Assembly (NCBI GenBank): GCA_965205485.1
Contig: OZ242180.1
Location: 2,016,001-2,080,000 of the forward strand
Origin: Candidatus Latescibacterota bacterium
GTDB lineage: Bacteria > Latescibacterota > UBA2968 > GCA-2709665
Reading direction: 5' to 3'
Length of the DNA: 64,000 nucleotides
Positions 1 to 9,119 of the stretch are shown here, in pieces. The position numbers and the translations under genes were made by a program. The notes beneath the pieces are model-generated. The model was given only the letters and a program-made list of their open reading frames with translations, was not told where the DNA came from and did not search any database. The first letter of the stretch is position 1; each line of letters begins with the position of its first letter.

Positions 1-174
1 CGGTGGGCGAAGGAGCGGGACCGCAGGCTGGTGATGCGCCTGATGGGAGACGGCAAGTTGCCGGTCGAAGACCTCATCACCCACGTCGCGGACCCGGAAC
101 AGTGCCAGGAAATCTACACGATGCTCGCCGATGATCCGGCAGTCGCGCTGGGCGTTGTATTCAGGTGGAAGTAG
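1..174 (+). CDS. C-terminal fragment of a probable zinc-binding alcohol dehydrogenase (5' end outside window)
   Basis: Frame 1 reads RWAKERDRRLVMRLMGDGKLPVEDLITHVADPEQCQEIYTMLADDPAVALGVVFRWK*; the 'GKLxVxxLITH...GVVF' tail is typical of MDR-family dehydrogenases. Confidence 0.55.
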   Translation, partial: RWAKERDRRLVMRLMGDGKLPVEDLITHVADPEQCQEIYTMLADDPAVALGVVFRWK

Positions 175-225
175 CCCCTGCAACAAGGAAAACGAGTTAA
201 CCTTTCACGCCGTTTTGCATCGATA

Positions 226-279
226 CCTTCTGTGTCTTTTGTGCTTTTTGTGGCCAATTTTACTGTTGTCGTTTTTCGA
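226..279. repeat. Dispersed 'CCTTCTGTG(T/C)CTTTTGTGCTTTTTGTGG' repeat, copy 1
   Basis: Near-identical reverse-complement copy at 5881-5932; related copies at 6034-6110 and 16884-16925. Confidence 0.75.
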
Positions 280-314
280 TTTGTGGTTAACCTCCTGAAT
301 GAGAGGCCGCGAGC

Positions 315-932
315 ATGTTCTACAGGACGTCGGAAGGCCACGGGCTGCCCCGCGATCCCTTCAACGCCATCGTCGTGCCCCGACCGATAGGTTGGATTTC
401 ATCGATGGACGCAGAGGGTACCATCAATCTGGCGCCGTACTCGTTCTTCAACGCGGTGGCCTACGTTCCGCCGCAGGTCATGTTCGCCGCGACAACCACG
501 CACAGCCACGGCGGGCTGAAGGATTCGATCAGGAATGCGGAGGAAACCGGCGAATTCGTGGTCAACCTCGCCACATGGGAGCTGCGGACGCATATGAACG
601 CCACTGCCGTGCCCGCCCCCGGACACGTCAACGAGTTCGAATACGCGGGCGTCACCCAGGCGTCGTCGAACCTTGTAAAGCCGCCCCGCGTTGCGGAAAG
701 CCCGGTCCATCTGGAGTGTATCCATACCCGGACCGTGGACCTGCCCACGGGCGATCCGGACGATCCCAACACGGTCGTCTTCGGTCAGGTGGTCGGCATC
801 CATATTGCCGATTGGGCCATCAAGGACGGGCACGTCGACACCGTGGCGCTCAGACCCGTGGGGCGTCTCGGGTACCTGGACTACGTCTGCGTCGACGAAT
901 CTTTTTCGATGGAACGCCCCACCTGGCCTTGA
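315..932 (+). CDS. Flavin reductase family protein (DIM6/NTAB-like)
   Basis: VVPRPIGWISS...NLAPYSFFN...KDSIRNAEETGEFVVN...GRLGYLDY motifs. Confidence 0.9.
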   Translation: MFYRTSEGHGLPRDPFNAIVVPRPIGWISSMDAEGTINLAPYSFFNAVAYVPPQVMFAATTTHSHGGLKDSIRNAEETGEFVVNLATWELRTHMNATAVPAPGHVNEFEYAGVTQASSNLVKPPRVAESPVHLECIHTRTVDLPTGDPDDPNTVVFGQVVGIHIADWAIKDGHVDTVALRPVGRLGYLDYVCVDESFSMERPTWP

Positions 933-989
933 CGTAAAGAAAAACCCGGTAAGGCCGGGCGCTCTTGTGGCTCTCCTCAGGCATCGCCT

Positions 990-2537
990 ATGTCATCCAA
1001 TCTCCTGAACAGTATTGGCTCCAACTTCGGCGCAATCGATTGGGCGATTGTCGGCCTTTATATGCTGGGCACGGTCGCGATCGGCCTTTACGCCAACCGT
1101 TACATCCGAAACATGAGCGACTATATCGTCGCCGGCCGCTCGCTGAAGCCTTATCTCGCTGTTGCCACCATGATCGGCAGCGAACTCGGGCTGGTGACGG
1201 TCATGTATTCCGCGCAGAAGGGATTCACCGGCGGGTTCGCCGCCTTTCACATCGGCCTCATCGCGGGCATCGTGACCCTGATCATCGGCCTGACCGGATT
1301 CATCGTGGTCCCGCTTCGCGAACTGGGCGTGATGACAATTCCGGAATTCTACGAAAAACGGTTCAGCCGGGGCGTCCGCATTTTCGGCGGCCTGCTTCTC
1401 GCCCTTTCCGGTATCCTCAATATGGGTCTGTTCCTCAAGGCGGGCGCGATCTTTGTCGCCGGGCTGACAGGCGTCACGAACCCCACGTCGGTCGGCCTGA
1501 TCATGACCGTGATGCTCCTGCTGGTTCTGTGCTATACCATTCTCGGGGGCATGGTTTCGGTTGTGATCACCGACTATATCCAGTTTATCGTGCTTTCCGT
1601 GGGCGTGATCGTCACATGCGGCATCGCCGTAAACACGCTGGGATGGTCGTCGATCGTGGATACGGTTGCGGCGATTCACGGCGAGCCCGGGTTCGATCCG
1701 CTTCACGAAGGGGGCGGGTTCGGCCCGTCGTACGTGGTCTGGATGATCTTCACCGCCGGGATCGTCTCCTGCGCCGTGTGGCAGACCGCGGTGATGCGGG
1801 CCTGCGCCGCCGAGAGTGCGGCGGTGGTGAAGAAACTCTACGCCTGGTCGGCGATCGGCTTTCTCGTTCGATTCATGGTACCCCAGTTTCTGGGGATCTG
1901 TGCCCTCGTCTATCTCTACCAGAACGACGTGACCCGCTCGGTCTTCTTTTCCGCCGCCGGGGCCCCCACCGGGAACGCGGACCTGACCCTTTTGGCCATG
2001 CCCGTCTTCCTCAGCCAGATCCTTCCCGCGGGTCTCATCGGCCTGATAGGCGCGGGGCTGCTTGCCGCATTCATGTCCACCCACGACAGCTACCTGCTGT
2101 GCTGGTCCTCGGTGCTCACGCACGACGTGGTCGCCCCCGCCACGGGCAATACCCTTTCCACCCGCGCGCGCCTGACCCTCTCCCGGGTCTTCATATTTGT
2201 CATTGGCGCCTTTCTGCTCGTGTGGGGACTCTGGTACGAGCTCGGCCAGGACCTCTGGGACTACATGCTCGTGAGCGGCGCCATCTACTTCACGGGCGCG
2301 TTCGCCCTGCTCCTCACCGGCCTCTACTGGAAGCGCGCCAGCACCGCCGGGGCGTACCTCGCCCTTGTGGCGGGCGCCGCTGCCGTTGCAGGCCTGACGC
2401 CTGTAAAGAGGGCCCTGGGTCTGGACGCCTTCACCGGCGCGCACATCGGCCTGGGGGTGACCGTTCTGGCGCTCGTCCTGATGGTTCTCGGCTCTCTGCT
2501 GTTTCCCGACCGTTCACGAGACGAAAAGGAGACGTGA
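990..2537 (+). CDS. Sodium:solute symporter (SSS) family permease
   Basis: Many TM helices; 'DYIVAGRSL', 'YTILGGMVSVVITDYIQF', 'AAFMSTHDSYL' SSS motifs. Confidence 0.92.
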   Translation: MSSNLLNSIGSNFGAIDWAIVGLYMLGTVAIGLYANRYIRNMSDYIVAGRSLKPYLAVATMIGSELGLVTVMYSAQKGFTGGFAAFHIGLIAGIVTLIIGLTGFIVVPLRELGVMTIPEFYEKRFSRGVRIFGGLLLALSGILNMGLFLKAGAIFVAGLTGVTNPTSVGLIMTVMLLLVLCYTILGGMVSVVITDYIQFIVLSVGVIVTCGIAVNTLGWSSIVDTVAAIHGEPGFDPLHEGGGFGPSYVVWMIFTAGIVSCAVWQTAVMRACAAESAAVVKKLYAWSAIGFLVRFMVPQFLGICALVYLYQNDVTRSVFFSAAGAPTGNADLTLLAMPVFLSQILPAGLIGLIGAGLLAAFMSTHDSYLLCWSSVLTHDVVAPATGNTLSTRARLTLSRVFIFVIGAFLLVWGLWYELGQDLWDYMLVSGAIYFTGAFALLLTGLYWKRASTAGAYLALVAGAAAVAGLTPVKRALGLDAFTGAHIGLGVTVLALVLMVLGSLLFPDRSRDEKET

Positions 2538-2540
2538 TCC

Positions 2541-2699
2541 ATGGCATTCTGGGTTCCTTTCTGGGGCGCCGTACTCCTTCTCGGACTGCTCATCTTTGCC
2601 GTGGTCACCGTTGTCGTCGGCATCGGCGGCTTTTTCAACGTCAGGTCCCTGTTCGAATCCATCGATCGCCAGCATCGGATCGAGGATGAAAAGGAATAA
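2541..2699 (+). CDS. Small single-pass membrane protein (52 aa), likely symporter accessory subunit; not in ORF track
   Basis: ATG 3 nt after the symporter stop, AGGAG upstream; MAFWVPFWGAVLLLGLLIFAVVTVVVGIGGFFNVRSLFESIDRQHRIEDEKE*. Confidence 0.75.
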   Translation: MAFWVPFWGAVLLLGLLIFAVVTVVVGIGGFFNVRSLFESIDRQHRIEDEKE

Positions 2700-2700
2700 G

Positions 2701-2733
2701 AGCTGTCAGCTATCAGCCGTCAGCTATCAGCTA
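2701..2733. repeat. Heptamer tandem repeat (TCAGC(TA/CG))n
   Basis: agctgtcagctatcagccgtcagctatcagcta; shorter copy at ~51944-51960, followed by the same AGCAAAAGACA(G/A)GATCAAAA tail. Confidence 0.75.
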
Positions 2734-2841
2734 AGAGCAAAAGACAGGATCAAAACCAACCCGTCCGGCTCAACGCCTCCGGCGTGGGTAGGAAAATAGG
2801 TGGTCGAAACAAGATTCAAGAACCCCTTTCCCCAAATTCCC

Positions 2842-3012
2842 TGCCTACGGCGTGTTCCTTTTGAAGCGACCAAAAGGAACCAAAAGTCGCCGCTGGGCGC
2901 GGGACCTGCCCTATGCATGGCGCAAATATCCTCACCGGACGCACTTGATCCGCAGGCCTGCCAACACCGGAGGATACCGACAATCGGAGCGGGACGGAAC
3001 AACGCGCCCTGC
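2842..3012 (-). repeat. Structured repeat element, diverged copy C
   Basis: Minus strand: TTCCGTCCCGC-N27-GCAGGCC-N20-TGAGG...TTTTGGTTCCTTTTG/CAAAAGGAAC hairpin (2854-2880); closing stem 3003-3012 pairs with 2915-2924. Confidence 0.6.
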
Positions 3013-3147
3013 TCTGGAAGTACTCGCGACAGGCACGGCGGTTGTAACCGGTTTGGCTTCCAGGGTTAGAGCCGTTTTCAGCAGTCAGCCAAAAGCGGTT
3101 CCTGTAAAGGACAAGCGTGGGAATCACCGATATCTCCACTGCTATGT

Positions 3148-3172
3148 GGGCAACCACAAGGGTTGCCCCTAC
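3148..3172 (-). repeat. GTAG-type REP palindrome
   Basis: Minus strand GTAGGGGCAACCCTTGTGGTTGCCC: GTAG tetranucleotide followed by an imperfect palindrome. Confidence 0.7.
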
Positions 3173-3204
3173 AAATTCGAATGGAGCGTGTCCGGTGGTT
3201 GCGT

Positions 3205-3475
3205 GGGGGGTTTTTCCACGCCATTCCGTTCAGCACCGAATTACGATTTGTCTAAACATGTACGCAGGCCACAATCGTCGGTAAATGCCACTGAGGAAAT
3301 TCGTGGAAAAACCGGCTCCCCGCCGAGGGGCGCGCTTCTTTTTGGTCCTTTTTCTTACGCGGATAAGAAAAAGGACGTAAATAATTGGAAAACAAAGGAT
3401 TTGCGAGAAAAGAGCTGGCATGCAAATGGCAAAAACAGTCGTTTTCCTTTCTATTCAAAATCGTGCCTGCTGCGG
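3205..3475 (+). repeat. Structured repeat element, copy A
   Basis: Collinear with 52105-52375; stem GGTTTTTCCACG (3209-3220)/CGTGGAAAAACC (3302-3313); 13-bp hairpin 3345-3376. Confidence 0.8.
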
Positions 3476-3504
3476 CTTACAATGCCAACAGGAAACAGGA
3501 CGAG

Positions 3505-4543
3505 ATGCTGAACATTGCGGTCATCGGAGCCGGAAATATCGCCCAGCGGCACCTGGAAGTACTCACCGACCTTCGCGAGGGGCGTGTGACGACGCTTGTG
3601 GACAGCAACCCCCGCGTTCTGGAAGAGACTGGCGCGCGGTTCGGCGTGTCGAATCGCCTGAACTCGCATGAGAGCCTGCTTGAAGGGGATCGGCCGGACG
3701 CCGTTCACTTCCACGTATCGGAAGAAAAAGCTTTTCGTTCTCGTGAGCGTCCTCCAGGTCGCCGCGGTCGCCGCGGACTTCATTCGGTCCGGAATCCCGA
3801 CTTTTCTGGAAAAGCCTCCCGGCCTATATACGTCCCAGACCCGTGCGCTGGCCGACCTGGCGCGAGCGGTGGGTACGCCGGCGATGGTGGGCGTAAACCG
3901 GCGGTTCTATTCCACGCTTCTCAAGGGCAGGGAACTGGTCCTCGAATCCGGGCCGGTACAGAGCGTCACCGTAAACGCCCACGAAGATATCCGGCGGGTC
4001 CGGGAAAACCCGAAATTTCCGGAAGAGGTCATGAAACGCTGGAGCGCAGCCAACGGCATTCACGCCCTGGATCTGCTGCGATTCTTTGGGGGCGACGTGG
4101 CGAGCGTCCGGACGATGCACCGTACCGTGGAGGGTCCCATGCCGGACTGTTGTTCGGCGCTGTTGACCTTCTCAGGCGGGGCGGTCGGACGTGCGTCTAT
4201 GGACTGGTTCGCTCCGGGAGGGCACCGCGTGGAAGTGCGCGGCAATGGGGTTACCTTCACGTCCGGTCTTGGACGGGCCGCAACCTTGAGGCGCAGGGGT
4301 GGCGCGCCGGAGAACGTCGAAGGGGATGAAATCGATCGACGCTACAAAGCAGGCTTTTATCGGCAGGACCGCGCGTTCCTGAGATGGGTCCGGAACGGGG
4401 GCTCGCTCCCGTTCCCGGCCTGTGGTCTGGAAGATGCGGTGAAGACGATGGAGTTGATCGACGCCATCTCGGGGAACTCGTCGTTCAATCCTCCGAGTTG
4501 CCGTCAATCGTCTCCTGCAGAAGCCGAACGGCCGTCTGAATGA
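3505..4543 (+). pseudogene. Gfo/Idh/MocA oxidoreductase disrupted by a ~28-nt insertion (3706-3733)
   Basis: MLNIAVIGAGNIA...DRPDAV in one frame; FVLV...FLEKPPG...GVNRRF...NGIHALDLL in the +1 frame; removing 28 nt restores 'PDAVFVLV'. Confidence 0.8.
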
Positions 4544-5798
4544 GAAAGTCGCCGGCTTCTTCGGTACCCTGGCCCGCGCCGGCTTCGTACCCGCCTCTGG
4601 CTTTTTCTCCGGGAAGCCCGACGTAACTCACGCCGCGGCCGTTGGCATAGCCGATGACAAGCGTGTGCGGGAGGGGTGAACGCGCCTGAATCTCGCGCGC
4701 GAGCCCGTTGAGGGGTTCTCCGGGCAGCACGGCCAGGCCGAAGGGTCCGCAGGCAACTACCTGAATTTCGACCGGCCGGATGTCGGCGCCTGCTTGTTTT
4801 CGCGCCTCGGATACGAGTGGGAGGCCGGCGACCCCGGTTGAAATCCTCAGAGGTGACGAAGGCAGGCGGTGGGAGTTCCGAGCCGCCGCGATGGCCCGTT
4901 CCGCGAAGAAACGGGCCATTTCCGTACGCGCTTCTTCTCCTCGCGCGACCGGAACGACGTCGCCCGCGCAGCCCTGCAGGAAGAAGGTCTCGCCGCCCAG
5001 GACCCTCGAAATCCGCTCATTGGCCGGTCCCGGCCAGTCCGCGGAAACGCCGCGGTGGAAGGGGTAGATGGAAACGGAGTGACAGGGCAGGCTGTAAACG
5101 GTGGCGACGCTGGTGTTGTCCGCGCCCTGAAGCGTGAGCACGGTCAGGGTGGGGTCCAGCGATCCGAAACGCAGTCCGTCGGGCAGCGTATGCGGATCTT
5201 TGGGCCGAAACATCGTTACGACGTTGCCGTCGGGGTCCAGGGGCCGCCGGTTGAACAGCCATTCCGAGGCATTTGCACGGCCGATGTTTATCGTGACGGG
5301 CTGCAGGCGGCTCTGCGCCCGTTTCAGGACGTCCGCGCATCTTTCCGGCAGAAGCCGGCTCCAGGCCTCGAAGACGGGATCGTCGAGTATGGCTCTCAGC
5401 CGTTCGCTCTTTCGGCCGGGAAACGTGGACGGGACATACGGAGAACGGGGCGAGGAGTGGGTGTGCGAGGCGGCCACGAGGACGTGCGATTCGGGGATGC
5501 CCGTTGCGCCGCGAACCGCCCGGCGCACGTCGATGACGCATTCCTCCGTGGCGTCGATGAGGTCCCAGCAGATCAGAGCGAACTCGGTAGCGCCGTCCGA
5601 GAGAACGAGCCCTCGCAGGGCGAGCGGATCCAGGACCCCGTCGTAGGGTCTCCCGTCTACCCAGTTCGCCATCGCCGGATCGGGCGTGATGTCGGTCCTG
5701 GCCGCGCCGGCTGCAAACGCGACTTCGGCGGCTGAGGCACGCAATCTCGTAAAGTGCAGTACCGCGGCAATGAGTAGCAGAATCGCAAGTGTCGACAT
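4485..5798 (-). CDS. Neutral/alkaline ceramidase-like hydrolase with N-terminal signal peptide
   Basis: AGAARTDITP...ASHTHSSP...CHSV...SADWPG...QGCAGDV...LPGEP...GGYE motifs; hydrophobic N-terminus from ATG 5798. Confidence 0.8.
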   Translation of the reverse strand: MSTLAILLLIAAVLHFTRLRASAAEVAFAAGAARTDITPDPAMANWVDGRPYDGVLDPLALRGLVLSDGATEFALICWDLIDATEECVIDVRRAVRGATGIPESHVLVAASHTHSSPRSPYVPSTFPGRKSERLRAILDDPVFEAWSRLLPERCADVLKRAQSRLQPVTINIGRANASEWLFNRRPLDPDGNVVTMFRPKDPHTLPDGLRFGSLDPTLTVLTLQGADNTSVATVYSLPCHSVSIYPFHRGVSADWPGPANERISRVLGGETFFLQGCAGDVVPVARGEEARTEMARFFAERAIAAARNSHRLPSSPLRISTGVAGLPLVSEARKQAGADIRPVEIQVVACGPFGLAVLPGEPLNGLAREIQARSPLPHTLVIGYANGRGVSYVGLPGEKARGGYEAGAGQGTEEAGDFLIQTAVRLLQETIDGNSED

Positions 5799-5880
5799 AG
5801 GCGTTGCCTTGTCCCTCGAGGCAGGGGTTGTTGTTCTTATTGCGGGGAGCGTTAAATAGTTGACGATACCAGCCTTAATT

Positions 5881-6110
5881 CGAACGAAAACAACCGTTAA
5901 TTTACCACAAAAAGCACAAAAGGCACAGAAGGACCCAAAGCCAACCCATGGCATGAAACGCCAACCGTCCGGATGGAATCCGGGCGTTGTTCGTTACCCC
6001 CACTCAGTCGGTCACAGAATAAGACCTTTCCCATTTTGTGTTTCTGTGCCTTTTGTGGCTATTGCTTTTGGTGGATCAATGGCTAAAAGAAGCACACAAG
6101 GCACAGAAGG
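5881..6110. repeat. Cluster of CACAAAA/CACAGAA-type repeats (inverted copies)
   Basis: 5881-5932 is the reverse complement of 226-279; 6034-6110 is an imperfect inverted pair (TTCTGTGCCTT/AAGGCACAGAA). Confidence 0.65.
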
Positions 6111-6276
6111 ATTATTACGGGGAGCGTCATATAATTGACGCAATTAGACGGCGAGGTAGCGTACACATGTGACCTGAGAATAGCGTTTGTTACCAAAAGT
6201 GGCAAATGATCGTCGTCTATGCGCCGTACTTCAGAATACGTGGATGTAAACTATAATATGACCCAAGTAACATTAC

Positions 6277-7460
6277 CTATCGGATCGATTCGGCCAGGTC
6301 CAGGGCTTCTTTTACGAGTTGTTCACCACAGCCTGGGGCGTACGGAGACACGCGGGATTCATAGCCCCCCTCGCGGTATGCCCGGCGAACCGGAATGTAT
6401 CCTGCACTGTCGTTACTCAGGCTGACGACCAGGGCCGGACTGGTATTCAGGGCTTTCTTGATACGAAGCCCGAGTTCGACGAACGCTTCCCCCGGCAGCC
6501 CTATGACCGGGATGTCGCCAAGCCAGAACACCTGGATTTCCGTGGTGCGCGTCTTGCGGCCTCTGGCTCGACCATTGCGCAGGGGCAGGTCGATTGTCCT
6601 TCTTGCCGCACGGATGCGGATCCGGTCCGACGCCTGAATCCACTGAAGCGCCTTGAGCGCACAGCCGCCGAGCGACAGGCCCACCTGGCGTTTGGACCGG
6701 CCCTTGCGCTGGATGGGTACGATATTGCCCGCGCAGCCCAGGGCGAACAGGCAGATGCCGCCTTCCACGGATTCGATCAGGTCCATTGCGTATCCCGGAT
6801 AGTCGGCGGTAATCTCATACATGCGGTCCGTGCTGGAGACGGGATGGCAGGCGAAGTTGACAAGCGTGGCGATGGTGTCGCCGTCGGCTTCTCCTTCGAT
6901 CTTCAGAAGGCCGACTTCCGGATCCACCGGACCGAACTTCAATCCCTCGTAGGGGGGCGGCAGCGTGAGGCTCATTTGCACCTTTCCGTCGTTCCGGATG
7001 AGCCGCCGGTTGTAGCTGATGCCTTCGGCGCGGATGGCGCCTGCGCCGAGGCGGGCGGGTCGAAGCCGGTCGTGCGCGAGCTTGACGGCCGAGGTCAGCT
7101 TTGCCGCCAGCACGTCCGCATACGACCGGTCATAGGGGTCCGCTTCGTCGTCAGTTCCGCCCCGCCCTGGCTGACGGCGGGACCGAAATGGGTGTGGGAC
7201 CCGGTCATCCACACGCGGTCGGGACCGATTCCGACACCCTCTTCTACAAGCCTTCGAACGTGCGCCGCGAGTTCCCGGTGGATGCCGATGAGGTCGGTGG
7301 TAATCAGCGCGACGCCGGTCTTGCCGTCATCCAGCACCAGCGCCTTCGCGTGGAGTTCGTCGTGGATGCTCTCGCTTCCCCGGTCGCGGGCCGAATAGCC
7401 GGCCATCGGACCGCCCAGAAACGGGGTGATGTTGACTTTTGAGGCGCCTGCCTTCAGCAT
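6277..7460 (-). pseudogene. Second ceramidase-like hydrolase, frameshifted near 7160
   Basis: MLKAGASKVNITP...GSHTHFGP (ORF 7095-7493) continues in the frame of ORF 6277-7212 (NFACHP...ADYPG...GCAGN...LPGEAF...GGYES); shift lies in the G-rich run CAGGGCGGGGCGG. Confidence 0.75.
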
Positions 7461-7553
7461 GGATGTTCTCCAGAGTAAGCCGGTGATGGACATCGATGCC
7501 TGTCCCCGGATCGGTTTCGGGCATTGTCGAATGTGCGAATCGGATCGCAGGTC

Positions 7554-9119
7554 CTACGAGTTTGCGACCTCCTCCGCGGTGAGCGCGCGGCGGTAGAGGC
7601 GGAGGTCCCTGAGCCGCCCGTTGAAGGTGTCCACGCCCCCGGCGCCGATCTTGAGGGGCTTGTCGTTCGTGAGGTCGAATTCCGAGGCATCGAAGGTCGA
7701 AGAGGCGGCAACTTGCACGCCGTCGACATAGAGCAGGAGGCGGTTGTTCCGCCGGACCGCCACAAGATGCCGCCAACCCGGCGCGAGTTCGTGATCGTGA
7801 CTCACGTTCGCGCCGGCCTCCAACGCGTAGACGCGGCCTGAGGGCAGCGTACCCCCGAACAGTTTTCCACGATAAACCGCCATGGACCAGACCCGGCGGT
7901 ATCTGACGTCCGGAGTTGTATCGAGCTGGCCCGTCAGAGTCCAGGTGTCGCCCCCGTCGTACCGGTACACCTGGCCAAGGGGCAATGTGCCGGCGTAGAG
8001 CTTGCCGTTGTACACGGCCATCGCCATGACTTCCATTTCCTCACCCAGGCGTCCGGCGCACGTCCATGGGTCGTTGCCGTCGTCCCGGAAGACCTTGCCC
8101 TCCGGCCAGGTGCCCACGTGGAGTCTGCCGTTGTGGGCGGCGAAGGAATAGACCTGGGTCACGCCCTCCTGACCGCCGGCGTGGTCCCAACCGGTCCCCC
8201 CGTCGTATCGGAAGACGCCGCCGGCGTAATCCCCTTCGTTTCCCGCGCCGTATAGATCCCCGTTGAAGACGCCCAGGGACATCATGCGCCGGCCCGGAGT
8301 GCCGCAGTGACTCCAGACGTCATCGCCGTCGTAGCGGAAAACGCCCTGGCTGTAGAGGGGGATTGCGTAGAGGTCACCCCGGTAAACGGCCATTCCGGCG
8401 CAGGAATCGGCGCCTTCCATGCGGCCGATGGGCGTCCATTCGGAACCGCCCTCGTACCTGAACATGTTGCCTCCCGGGTTCTGGTTCTCGGACTCCGGAA
8501 GGGCGGAACCTCCGGCCTTGTACCTGGACGAGCCCGCGTACAGCGTGCCGTTGAACACGCAGAGCGACGCCATGGTATTGCACCTGTCCGGATGCCCACA
8601 GTCGATCCATCCCGCGTCGCCATCGTACCGGTAGACGCCTCCTGACTCGTCGGCGCCCGTCTCGAACGTGCCCGCGTACAGGTCGCCCTCAAAGACGCAA
8701 AGAGAGTAGACGCGCAGGTTGTTTCCGGGGCGGCCGCAATCGATCCATTCGCCGGTATGACCGCTGTCGATGCCGAAATGAAGGTGGCGGTAGTTGGCCT
8801 GGGCCGCCGTCACGCCGGCGTTGTTCGCCAGTCCGAAGTTCACTCCTGTGCGCGTGTCGGGGTCGTATTTGCTGAGGATGTCCCCGGGTACGTCATCCAG
8901 GATTTCGTCGGTATGTACGTGGACGGATATGGAGAAGTCATCCGCGCCGAAGTGGAGCGGCCGGGCGGAGGGGACCAGGATGTGGGCGCCGCGACCGTCG
9001 AACCGGGCCCCGTCGGGTGAAAACGCGACGCCATGATTCTCGCCGTGGCTTACGCCCGCGTGGTCCCGGCAGTCGCCCTCCAGCTTCCAGTGTGCGATCA
9101 AGCCTGAATTATCGTTCAT
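7554..9119 (-). CDS. LamG-like jelly-roll domain interrupted by a beta-propeller repeat insert
   Basis: LamG N-part (LIAHWKLEG...FDG...DFSISV) and C-part (WRHLVAVR...LYVDG...LKIG...FNGRLRDLRLYRRALT) flank ~7 repeats of W..xG...V.S(L/M)AVY.G.LYAGT...G.VYRYDG. Confidence 0.8.
   Translation of the reverse strand: MNDNSGLIAHWKLEGDCRDHAGVSHGENHGVAFSPDGARFDGRGAHILVPSARPLHFGADDFSISVHVHTDEILDDVPGDILSKYDPDTRTGVNFGLANNAGVTAAQANYRHLHFGIDSGHTGEWIDCGRPGNNLRVYSLCVFEGDLYAGTFETGADESGGVYRYDGDAGWIDCGHPDRCNTMASLCVFNGTLYAGSSRYKAGGSALPESENQNPGGNMFRYEGGSEWTPIGRMEGADSCAGMAVYRGDLYAIPLYSQGVFRYDGDDVWSHCGTPGRRMMSLGVFNGDLYGAGNEGDYAGGVFRYDGGTGWDHAGGQEGVTQVYSFAAHNGRLHVGTWPEGKVFRDDGNDPWTCAGRLGEEMEVMAMAVYNGKLYAGTLPLGQVYRYDGGDTWTLTGQLDTTPDVRYRRVWSMAVYRGKLFGGTLPSGRVYALEAGANVSHDHELAPGWRHLVAVRRNNRLLLYVDGVQVAASSTFDASEFDLTNDKPLKIGAGGVDTFNGRLRDLRLYRRALTAEEVANS

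Noticed and set aside
3291..3311. Hammerhead ribozyme core (CTGAGGA...GAAA) in repeat copy A
   Set aside because: The core is not conserved in copies B (CTGAGGT) and C (GTGAGGA), and the GAAA is part of the closing stem
2700..3500. CRISPR array
   Set aside because: No regularly spaced direct repeats with unique spacers and no cas genes; nothing array-like was seen elsewhere in the window
3721..3730. Programmed -1 frameshift at GAAGAAAAAG
   Set aside because: The downstream frame is +1, and the extra residues are not part of the family fold; an insertion explains it better
3717..3731. Illumina adapter remnant (ATCGGAAGA)
   Set aside because: Only 9 nt match AGATCGGAAGAGC and the flanks differ; cannot be supported without reads
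4485..4543. Convergent 59-bp overlap between oxidoreductase and ceramidase-like genes as antisense regulation
   Set aside because: Most simply a lost stop codon giving a non-conserved tail
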